64,000 bases of DNA from Narcine bancroftii. Taxonomy: Eukaryota. Both the position numbers and the translations under genes were made by a program. A model generated the notes under the pieces. The model searched no databases. It was given only the letters and a program-made list of their open reading frames with translations, and was not told the DNA's origin. The stretch spans positions 204,600,001 through 204,664,000 of the forward strand of contig NC_091472.1 in NCBI RefSeq assembly GCF_036971445.1, in the 5' to 3' direction. Numbering within the stretch: position 1 is the first letter of the stretch; every line of letters begins with the position of its first letter. Shown in pieces: positions 50,301-60,700 of the stretch.

Positions 50301-52120
50301 GGTTTGAACACTGAAGAGATTAAGCCTGAGGCTGTATCAAGTAATCTAGGCCCCAAATCTTCAGCACTTCGAAAATGTAACTTCTGCACTTGAGGTTTAA
50401 TCTTTTTACCATTAGTGGCCATAATAATTCCTTGATACTTTAAACTAAAATTTAAAAAGTTTAAACTTGAAAACAAAGAGTTAAAAAACAGGTACTTAAA
50501 AGTCTGACCAGAGAGGTCGAGATTACACGTCTAGACTCTACGCCATCTTGCCACACCCCCGAGCATGGAAGGTTGAGAGGGGATTTGATAGAAGTATTTA
50601 AAATTATGAGGGATAGATAGAGTAGATGTGAATAGGCTCTTCCCCTTGAGGGTAGATGAGATTGGAACGAGGGGTCATGTTAAGTGTTGGGGGCAAAACT
50701 TTAGAAGTAACATGAGAGGGAGTTTCTTCACTCAGAGAGTGGTGGTGGAGTGGAATGCAGCAGGGTCAATTTTGTCATTTAAGAGGAGGTTGGATGAGTG
50801 CATGGATGAGAGGGGATTGGAAGATTATGGATGGGGAGTGGGTAGATGGGACTAGAAGAGATCACTTAAATCAGTGTGGACTAGAGGAGCCAAAATGGCC
50901 TATTTTCATACTGTAATTGTAATATGGTTACAGATTGGAGGGTTTGATGTTGATGCCATTTCTGAATCCTGGCTAAAGGTTGGATGTGATTAAGAGCTGA
51001 ACATCCAAGGATACACGGTGTATCACGAGATAGGCAGGGAGGTAAAGGAGGAGGTGTGACTCTGCTGGTAAGCAACAATATTAAATCATTGGAAAGAAGG
51101 GACATAGGATTAGGAAAAGAGAGAACCTTTATGGGTTGAGTTAGGGAACAGTAAAGAGGAAAGAACCCTAATGGCCATTATACTATAGGCCTCTCAACAG
51201 CAGCCAGGATGTAGATTACAAAATACAACTGGAAGTAGATAAGACTTGTCAGAAGGACAGTGTTATGATAATCATGGAGGATTTTAGCATGAAAGTAGAC
51301 TGGGAAGGTCAGGTCATTACGGGATCCCAGGAGGGAGAGTTTGTGGAATGGCCTTCGGATGGCTTTTTGGAGCAGTTTGTAAATGAGCCCACCAGGGGAT
51401 GGGCTGTTTTGGATTGGGTGCTGCATAATGAAACAGAAATGGACAAGGAGGTGGCCAATGAAATACAATGTTGGAAAATGTACGGTCATGCACTTCGGTA
51501 GAAGAAATAGATGGGCAGACTATTATTTAGATGGGGATAAAATTTGGAGGTGCAAAGGGACAAGGGAGTCCTCATGCAGGATACCCTAAAGGTTGACCTC
51601 CAGGTTGAATTGGCAGTGAAGAAAGTGAATGCAACATTGGCATTCATTTCCAGAGGGAAAGCATCCAAGAGCAGGATGGAATTGTTGAAACTCTATAGGG
51701 TATTGGTGAGACCTCACCTGGAGCACAGTGTGCAGTTTTGGGCACCATGTTTGAGAAAAGATATGCTGGCCTTGGAGAGGGTTTAGAGAAGGATTATTAG
51801 AATGATACCAGGAAAGAAAGCGTTGGTATATGGGGAATGATTGTCGGCTCTTGGACTGTACTTGTTGGAGTAAGAAGGATGAGAGGGGACCTCAGAGGTA
51901 CTTGAATGGTGAAAGGCCTGGACAGAGTAGATGTGGCAAGGAGTTGCCCACAATAGGGGAGTCAAGAACAAGTGGATAAAAGGACATCAATAAAATTCAG
52001 AAGGTATTGAGTCTGTGGAACCTGTTGCCACAGGCAGCTGTGGAAGGGAGGTCGTTGGGTGCATTTAAGGCCGAGATTGATGGGTGTTTGATGAGTCAGG
52101 ACATCAAGGGTTACGGGGAG
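44395..52120 (+). mobile_element. CR1 fragments in intron 1 of the receptor gene (44395-44713 continuing at 50561-50930; further pieces 50935-52120)
   Basis: QRRFTKML...RERLSR, then RLFPLRVDEIGTRGH after element C; RPHLEHSVQFWAP. Confidence 0.8.
44714..50560 (-). mobile_element. Full-length but inactivated L1-clade LINE (element C), same family as B
   Basis: 5' end GGGGGTGTGGCAAGATGGCG, ORF1 with YLENQSRRNNVKIVGLPEGIEG, and ORF2 from 48632. Perfect 14-bp TSD GAGCATGGAAGGTT at 44700-44713 and 50561-50574. Confidence 0.95.
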
Positions 52121-52674
52121 AAAAAAAACATAATAATCATCATTCTTTTTTTCCTAAAATGTGGGAACCTTATTTAAAATATATGGGCTTGAATATATAT
52201 TAGCTGTTTTAAATATATTTTACAGAGGCACTCACTTTTATATGTAAGAGACTCCGTTATTATTATGTAGAAGTGGGGTAGTATGGATTTTTTTGCAGTG
52301 GGGTGGTTCGGTGGGGGGAGGGTTAGAATACTCATTTATCATATTGTACTTTATATATTAATGAAGAAATGTAAAGGGATTTATATATATATATTCATGT
52401 ATTTTGTATATTATAAATAGTTTTCCAAAAAAATCAATAACATCGCCTGCAGCTCCCAGTTACATTAGGCCATCGTTTTTTAAACATCTCTCAGCTTTTT
52501 TTATAAAATGTTTTGTACTTTAAGTGGAAAACCTTTGCGCTGAGAAGATCAATTCGGACTAAAACCAACCAACGACTGGATAATCTCGCCGCGAGAGGGA
52601 TTTAACGTTAAATACATTTCGGTTGAAGTCGGTAGTTTGCTTTCGTTTTTATTATTTGCATGTTTCTTTTCGAG

Positions 52675-52770
52675 GGTCTCATTCCCAGAGAGAGAAATTT
52701 GCGTGGCTTTACCTACTGGTGTTTCCATTAGTTATGATCGTCTTTGCAATAAGCTGTTGGAAAGTGAAAC
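52675..52770 (+). CDS. Stalk/transmembrane exon of the IgV receptor (GSHSQREKFAWLYLLVFPLVMIVFAISCWKVK)
   Basis: Pyrimidine tract tgtttcttttcgAG, with phase 1 matching the V-exon donor. A ~20-residue hydrophobic run is followed by the basic stop-transfer KVK and a consensus donor GTGAGT at 52771. It lies in the first unique island after the V exon. Confidence 0.78.
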
Positions 52771-53245
52771 GTGAGTATTCCTTCCCCACAGATATGAAGT
52801 GCATGCGCCTATTTCCATCTGTAAGTAGCACTTATGCTAGTAAATTAATGTGATAGTGGGTTTTAAGGTCGAATAAACAGCGTTACTGGGCAATTTAACA
52901 CAGTGACAGTGAATGCCTGGAGCTTGTTTGGTCCAAACGATCTGTGTTGGAATGAGCTCACGTTACTGGCAGAATTTAACTCGCTGGGAAGATGTTAAAA
53001 TTGCAAAGAAAATGTCCCCTTACTTTAAGACTTCCGCCACCTTCGCTGATCCCCCAAACTTAACCATTTTCCTTCTTTACACAAAACCCTGTCATATTAT
53101 TATCATTGTTGTTCTCTGAACATCAGGCTGTGAAATACTCCCTTCGCATTGCACAAGGCTAGATATGGTCGCCTCTGGTCTCTTTCCTCAACGTTTCCTA
53201 CAACGGTCAGGACCTACCTCTGCATTTTATACATGATTTCCAACT

Positions 53246-53538
53246 CAGTGGTTCTAACCGTTTTCTTTGCACTCACATCCCACTTTAAGTAATCCCTATG
53301 CAATCAGTGCTCTGTGATTAATAAGGGATTGCTTAAAATGGGACGTGGGTGGGAAGAAAAAGTTTGAAAACCACTGTTTTAATCGTCCATAATTGACTCA
53401 TTATGTGCACAGTTTCATAATTCCAAAGGAAATGAGCCAAAGAAAAATATTTCAGTAACAGTTGGGTCTTGAGGACTGATGGCACGGGGATTACTTAAAG
53501 TGGTACGTGAACGCAAAGAAAAAGATTGGGAACAACTG
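53246..53538. mobile_element. hAT-type MITE (same family as 16505-16880)
   Basis: CAGTGGTTCTAAC...GAACAACTG and the shared internal sequence CACTCACATCCCACTTTAAGTAATCCCT. Confidence 0.72.
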
Positions 53539-53539
53539 G

Positions 53540-54255
53540 ATTACATAATTCAATTCAATTCATAGCATGTATAGCTTGTAATACAGAATATAAACCATAA
53601 TTATTAGACAACATATCTTGCTCAAAACCTCAGATCCTGATGTTAAAAAGAAAATTATAAGATAAAATTAAGAATCCCATATCGGGTCCATAAACATTCA
53701 TCCGATTCTACTATGTAATCATTATTCATTGTCGACTCTTGCCTGGTTTACTCTAGAAATAAAAAAAGAACCCTCCCCCCCCCCCCCACTAATCCAACCC
53801 CTCCCACTGAACACGGCTCACCTGCATGTACTAAGTAGATATGAATCAAATCGCGACTCTTGGACGTCAGAGCATTCACGCAGCTAAATCTTCGAGTTGT
53901 AATGGTAATCCACGAATGGGGCCCACATCTTGTCGAATGCAACCTTGACATCCTTAAAGCTCCCTCTCATTTGCTCCAAATGTAAGTAAGGCATAATATC
54001 ATGAAACCATTGGATATGAGTGGGTGAAGAATTATCTTCCCATTTCATCAGAATTGCTTGACTGGCTACCAATGAGGTAAAAACAAGGATTCTTTCTAGG
54101 GTTGGTGTAACCTCTTCCTGAGAGACACCAAAGAAAGCTATTAAGGGGCATTTGATCTTAAGAATCACTGATAAAATTTGCTCCCAAAATGTATTTACTT
54201 TGGGGCATTCTCAAAACATATGAATCAGTGAAGCCTCAAAGAGTTTACATTTACA
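53540..54255 (-). mobile_element. 3' fragment of another L1-clade LINE
   Basis: Minus-strand ORF ...AILMKWEDNSSPTHIQW...LEQMR...FDKMWAPF, typical of the L1 ORF2 C-terminus. Confidence 0.7.
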
Positions 54256-54956
54256 CTATTTTCTTCTAGATTTCCAGGATTTTCTTCTTCTGGTTACCCA
54301 GTTCATACTCGTTTCATCCAATTACATTCAGAATGAATATCATTGCAATACTGTTCCGTTCATTGTACTGTAGTTTGAGGGGGGAGGGGATAATAAATTG
54401 TCCCCAATACAGTAATGATTGGTGGGGTGAGGAGGGGGAGCAGGATCTCTACCCAATATGGAATTCCCTTTAGGTGAAAACGTTAAGCAAACACCTTAAA
54501 GCACCATCATTTTCCCTCTGTTACGTGCTTTATCTCCCCTTATTTGCCAAAATAATGTGTTTCGAGGGTCCATGGCCCTCTGTAAATCTACTGATAATAT
54601 CCGAGAAAGGGAGAAATATGTATTCCGTGGAGTTGTGGGTAATCAATCTCATGGTTTTCAACACCCAGGTAGAAATGAGCTGATCAGTGTTGTGTGCAAT
54701 TTATATTCCTCACATTGAATTATAGCTGTAAATCTCTGGTTATTTTCCCTGTGTGCTCGGCTTGTGGTAGATACGACAGAGTAACCTTCCCAATATATGG
54801 GTTGAATTGGTCCCTGTGTCATGATATATGGTGTTAGAGTCCATAGAATTCTATGCTGCATTTACCATGATACTATTTCTTAGTTACAGATAATAAATAA
54901 GCATTTCAGTCCATGTTGCAGCCTCAGATGGAGTTATAGGTAATAAAAATATAATA

Positions 54957-55540
54957 TGTGGCCTTCTCTACATCGGAGAGACTGGGCGCAGACTGGGAGA
55001 TCGCTTCGCTGAGCACTTACGCTCCATTCGCAGAGGGCCTCCCAGTAGCCAGCTAATTTAGTTCCATGTCCCACTCCCATGTCTGTCCATGGCCTCGTGT
55101 ACTATCTCACCAAGACCACTGCAAATTGGAGGAGCAACGCTTGATTTTACATTTGGCCATTCTCCAGCTGGATGGCATTAATATCAATTTTTACTGGTTT
55201 CTGCTAACTTGCTTCCTCTTCTCCCTCCCCCCCTTCCCTCCCCTTTTCCAGTTCTCCTCCCTCCCTTCCCCCTCCGTTCACCCAGCCATCCCTCCTCTCT
55301 TTGATCGCAGTTCTCCCCTTCCTCCCTTCTCCACCTATCACCTCCTGCCTTCGGGTCTGCACCTCCCCCCTACCCTTTTATTCGGGCACCTGCCAACATT
55401 TTTCCATACCTAGATCAATCCCAAAACATCGGTTATCTATTTTTACCTTTGCTATATAAAGGACACTTTTCGACCAGCTGAGTTTCTCCTGCATTGCGTT
55501 TTTACTTCAGCCACTGTGTCTGCAGACTTTCGTGTTTCAA
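54957..55540 (+). mobile_element. Penelope-like element 3' fragment (GIY-YIG endonuclease end plus terminal repeat)
   Basis: Translates CGLLYIGETGRRLGDRFAEHLRSIR, then KLEEQRLILHL...GINI, then a pyrimidine-rich tract and the terminal repeat. Confidence 0.85.
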
Positions 55541-55787
55541 TGCAGTTATATTTAACCCTGGCACCTGGATATGCTTTGCTATGGGTCCTGCAGACATTTC
55601 ATCATCCAACCACCTTGGTTCAAAGCCATGATTATCGATGATGTCTGAACCGCATATATTGCTAAGACTCATCTAGTGTTATCAAAACATGAGAATACTT
55701 TCCTGAAAGGAATTCTGCTATATTCTGAGGATAAATGTAATTACATTTGCAGTCTTGGATTAAAACTTGAATATTTTGTAATTGCAG

Positions 55788-55834
55788 AAAAGCTGTTCAT
55801 GGTTGATAGTTCCACCCATGGGACATCCCCGCAG
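55788..55834 (+). CDS. Candidate first cytoplasmic exon of the IgV receptor ((Q)KLFMVDSSTHGTSPQ)
   Basis: Acceptor ttttgtaattgcAG and donor CAG|GTATGG, 47 nt, open in the phase (1 to 0) required by the TM exon. No homology support. Confidence 0.4.
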
Positions 55835-55871
55835 GTATGGCTTCTACACTTTGTAAAATTTTCACACCATA

Positions 55872-56231
55872 CACTGGTTCTCAACCTTTTTCTTTCCACT
55901 CACATCGCACTTTAAGTAATCCCTCTGCCATTGGTGCTCTGTGATTAGTAAGGGATTACTTAAGGTGGGATGCGGGTGGGAAGGAAAGGTTGAGAATCAC
56001 TGCTCTAGACCTAATTGTTACAGAAATATTTTGCATGAGGAAAATTGTCATTGGCTCATTTTCTTTTGAGTATTGAAACCGTGTCATTTAGGGATAATTA
56101 AAACAGTGGTTTTCAAACTTTTTCTTCCCGCATCTCACCTTAAGCAATCCCTTACTCATCACAGAGCACCTATAGCAGAGGGAATACTTAAAGTGGGATG
56201 TGAGTGGAAAGAAAAAGGTTGAGAGCCATTG
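55872..56231. mobile_element. hAT-type MITE (same family)
   Basis: CACTGGTTCTCAACC...GGTTGAGAGCCATTG, strongly palindromic. Confidence 0.75.
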
Positions 56232-56639
56232 CCATATATTTTAGTGTATTATTAAAAGGAAAAGTTAAAATATAATTTGTATATTACAAAACAAATGCAA
56301 AGGAGTGGTTGGTTGTTAGATTCCTTGAAATGTTTTAATTGCTCTTAGACATATTTAGAAACCTGACATATTCGTTCAAAGAACTATCCTCTTGGAATCA
56401 AATCCACAATATTCACTTAGAACATTTGCTGTTGTGTCCACTAAGTCCCAAGGTTGGCGTTAACATTTGGTAAGAGGACAAACACATAGACTGGGGAAAC
56501 TATATTGGTAGTATTAGTTGGGATAAACTATGCTGAGGAATCAACGAGGCAACAGAACATCTCCGACCTCATCTTGTGCAATGAGAAGTGAGTCATTGGC
56601 ATTCTGCAAATGAGGTGGTGTTTAGGGAAAGGTGACGAT

Positions 56640-57660
56640 AATAGAACAGAATTGTTAATGGTCATACATGGCATCATATACAACACTGAAATTCCTTTTC
56701 CTGTGGGTGCAGCAGAATTGCCACTTATTGGTAGTGCAAAAATAAACTGTACACAGCGTAAACATGTAAACGATCAAAAGAACTGTAAACAGATAATGAA
56801 ACAAAGAAACTGCAGTACAAGGAGAGCAAAGAAAATCAATAACGTGCCCAAGTCAGAGTTCTTAAATGAGTCCCTGATTGAGTATGTTGTTGAGGAGTCT
56901 GATGGGGGAAGGGTAGCATCTGTTCCTGAATCTGCTGGTGCGAGTCTTGTCGTACCTACTCCTCTTTCCTGATGGTAGCAGCAAGAACAGATCATGTGCT
57001 CGGTGGTGTGGGTCCTTGATGATTGCTGCTGCTCTCCCAAGGCATTGTTTCCTGGTGGATGTACTCAACAGGCGGGAGGGTTTTGCCTGCGATGTTCGGG
57101 GCTGTGTCCGATACCTTTTGGAGGGCTTTACGCTCAGGGGTATTGGTGTCCCCATACCAGACCATGATGCAGCCAGTCAACACACTTTGCACCACATCTC
57201 TGAGGAAATTTGCCAAGGTTTCTGGTATCATACCAAACCTCTGCAAACTTCTAAGGAAGTAGAGGCACTGATGTGCTTTCTTCATGATGCCATTGGTTCA
57301 CAGGAAAGTTCCTCTGAGATAGTGACTCCCAAGAACTTAAATGTGCTCACCTTCTCCACCTCTGATCCCCCAATGATCACTGGATTGTGTCCCTCTGGCT
57401 TTCCCTTCCTGAAGTTAACAATCAGCTCCTTAGTTTTGGTGACATTGAGTGCACAGTTGCTGTTGGTGCACTGTTCAGCCAAGTTTTCAATCTCCCCACT
57501 GTACGCTGACTCATCCCCATCCTTTATACAACCCACTACTGTGGGATCAACGGCAAATCTGTAGATGGTGTTATTGTTGTACCGAGCCACACAGTCGTAG
57601 GTGTAAAGTGAGTAGAGCAAGGGGGTAAGAACACAGCCCTGTGGTGTTCCAGTACTGATT
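56640..57660 (-). mobile_element. 5'-truncated Rex1/Babar-type LINE
   Basis: STGTPQGCVLTPLLYSLYTYDC...FAVDPTVVG...KTKELIVNFRK...FKFLGVTIS; KKAHQCLYFLRSL; LLPSGKR. Confidence 0.85.
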
Positions 57661-57712
57661 TTATATAAAGAATGAAAATGGTTAACTTCGATTTGAAACC
57701 AAGGTATTAAAT

Positions 57713-60700
57713 TGTTATGAGCCCAGAGGACCCATAAACCCAGCAGCAATAGATATTCACCAAGACAAATGGTTACTTAAAGAAAAGTTGTTTTTAATTA
57801 TCTTTAAATATGAAAACTGAATCACACTTTAACTTAGCTTAACTAACCTAACTTAACCCCCTTCTAATTCTAAGTGTACGTGTGGGTAATGTGTGTGTAG
57901 GTTCAGAAAAGTTCTTTGGTGCACAGGCCAATCTCACTTCTCATTCCTCCAAGTTCACTGGTTGCAGGCAATTCTTATACTGTGCACAGAATTTAACATG
58001 TATGAAGTTCACCAGGCTTTGGTGCTTGAAAGGTAAATGGTTACCACTCAGGAAGGTTCTTGTTGGTTTTCAGAGAGATTTGTTGTACGATGAAATCCAC
58101 AATGCATTCCTTTTTAATCAGCCACTCCAGTGTCTTGCTGACGAAATTTTCCCCTTCAGGCTTCTTCAGATGATAACCTTTTTCTCTCAGGTCACCACCG
58201 AGTTCCTTTTTGTTTCACTTATTCCAAGTGAAACATTAGATAGCCAGTCCTCTCCTCTTGCATGAATCACAAGGGCTTTGACCAGGGCGTCTACCAAACG
58301 GGGCTTTCCACAAGCTTGCCAGCTTGTCCTGTTGCAGTCCCAGCTGCTTTTGCTGGCTGTAACACTGTACAAGAAGTCTCTCTCTCTCTCTCACACACAC
58401 TCTCTCTCTCTTTCTCTCAGAGAGAAAACCCGTTTGACTCTCTCTACTTGCAAAGCCACAGGACCCTTTTAGAACAGCAAGCTCTACTCCAGACAGAAGG
58501 TAGCTTCAACAAGATCTTTCATCTGTTGCCTTTTGTAAACAATAATCCATTAGTGAGCACTCTTCAAAGCTCTTGCAAAAGCTGAGGCCCCGATATGTCT
58601 AGCATGAGGAGAGCTCCAGTATTTTAAATAAGATCTGTTTTAAAGTGTTTGTATGTGACTTACTCTATGTGATATTATGGATCCTATCACCAATGTGTAT
58701 ATGTATATATTGTAGTATAGGATGGTTGTGATTGGCTGAGAACGTAGCCACACCTACTGACAGGTCTTAAAGGGTTGCTCCTAGCCAGACCCAGATCATT
58801 CTGGACTGGTCGACCTACATGTGATACGCTCCAGTCTTCTAGTTAATAAAAGCCTTGGTTTGGATCAACAAGCCTTTGATTCTTTCAACGTGCTCTACAA
58901 TTTTATTAACGAGAAAGTTTTCAAGGGATGGAGCGTATGCTGTGACCAGAACACCTCAACATCGATCTACAGTTGGCCACAGCTCCGAATGACTTTAAGC
59001 ACTGGGTGAGGTGTTTTGAAGCTTACCTACAACTCTCTGACCCTATCATGATGGAAGACGGCCATCGACTACTAGTATTGATGTCTATGGTGTCCCCGAG
59101 AGTCTATGAGAACATCCAGGATGCAGCCACTTATGCCACAGCCATGAAGGTGCTGAAAGGACTTTATGAGCGACCGGTAAACAGGGTCTATGCCCAGTAC
59201 AAACTAACGACCAGGAGGAAACTGCCCGGTGAGTCCTGTAGAGCTTATCTCCAAGCACTAAGGGCACTGGGCAGAGCCTGTGCCTGCACAGACAGAACTT
59301 CTGCTGAGACCACTGATGATCTCATTCAGGATGCTTATGTGGCCGGGGTCCGATCAAATGAGGTGAGGCAGCAGCTGCTAGAGCACGGGAGAGAAAACCT
59401 AGAAGACGTGACCTGGATCGCAGAGACAATGGAGGCTTTGCTTACTCTCAGGGCTGGACCCCATGCTATGAAGTGAGTAGGATGCCCTCCTTCAACCCTA
59501 CTACCCAACGGCCCACCGACGGCCTGTCGGCCGCCACTACACTGCCTGATGCGACTCCGAAGTGCTACTTCTGCGGGAGGGACAAGCACAGCAGGTCCTA
59601 GTGTCCAGCGAGGAGAACCATGTGCCAGAAGTGCCTTAAAAATGGCCACTTTGCTGTAGTCTGTTGCTCCAAAATGGCCACCATAAAATACAGTGCCTCA
59701 TGTGAGGCCCAACCATCACCCTCCCTTTCAAACATCTCTTCTCCAGAGCTCTCATCCAATGAGAATGAGGGTCCCATTGCGCGGCAGTGCCTGACTTCAC
59801 GGGGCAGGCGTCGAGCGCAGAAGGTACACTCCACCCTCACCACGATGATGTTGGCCTGCTTGGACCTCCCACACAGAGCAACAACCGCCCAGGCCCCGGC
59901 CCTGACTTCAGCGAACGCTGCCACCAACCTCAGAACTGCTGTCGCCGCTACCGTTGCCGCCACTGCCGACCAGGGACCCGCCGCCGCTGCTGCCACTACC
60001 GTCACCACCAATGCTGTCGACCAGGTACCTGCTGCTGCTGCCACCCCTACTGCCACCACCGACGCTGCCGACCTGGTACCCGCCACCGCTACTGCCAACG
60101 ATTGACCGCCCCACCACCGACTGCAAGCAGCGGCCCCAGCACTTACCGTTGGCAGGCCGATGCCCCCAGCAGGCTACAGGCAGCAGCCCCAGCTACTCAA
60201 TGCTGACAGCTCCAGCCTGACTGCATCAATGACACCACCATGCACTTCAAGCCCAAGGCAGCGTGACGTCATCACGCAAGACTTCACTGTTCCCAGCACA
60301 GGTTGCTGCATCAGTGACCCTGGACCAGGACTGCCCCCATCCCCTCACTAAAGCAATGGAACTGATTAAAGTGCATGGACACTATACTAATTGCATATTT
60401 GACTCAGGGTCAACCAAGAGTTTTATCCATCCAGACCTGGCCCACCGTTGTGGACTGGTCATTCCCCCCACTGACCAGAAGATTTCATTGGCGACCAGGT
60501 CGCACTCGACTGGGGTAAAGGGGTATTGTGTGGTGACCCTGGAAGTCCAGGGCATCACATTTACTGATTTTAAACTGTTAGTCCTCCCCCAACTGTGTGC
60601 TCCCATATCGCTGGGACTGGATTTTCAGTGCCAGTTCCAAACTGTTTCCCTGCACTATGGAGGGCCCCACTCTCTGTCTGTAACCATTCCACCCCAGAAG

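Noticed and set aside
32305-50560. Segmental duplication explaining B/C similarity
   Set aside because: Similarity stops at the element ends and each has its own TSD, so they are independent insertions.
52654-52661. Perfect octamer ATTTGCAT before the TM exon
   Set aside because: It lies within the acceptor pyrimidine tract; a single 8-mer is expected by chance in 64 kb of AT-rich DNA.
54910-55631. Alternative cytoplasmic exons (54910-54939; 55594-55631 ending in a stop)
   Set aside because: Weaker splice signals than 55788-55834 and no motif support; cannot be resolved without cDNA.
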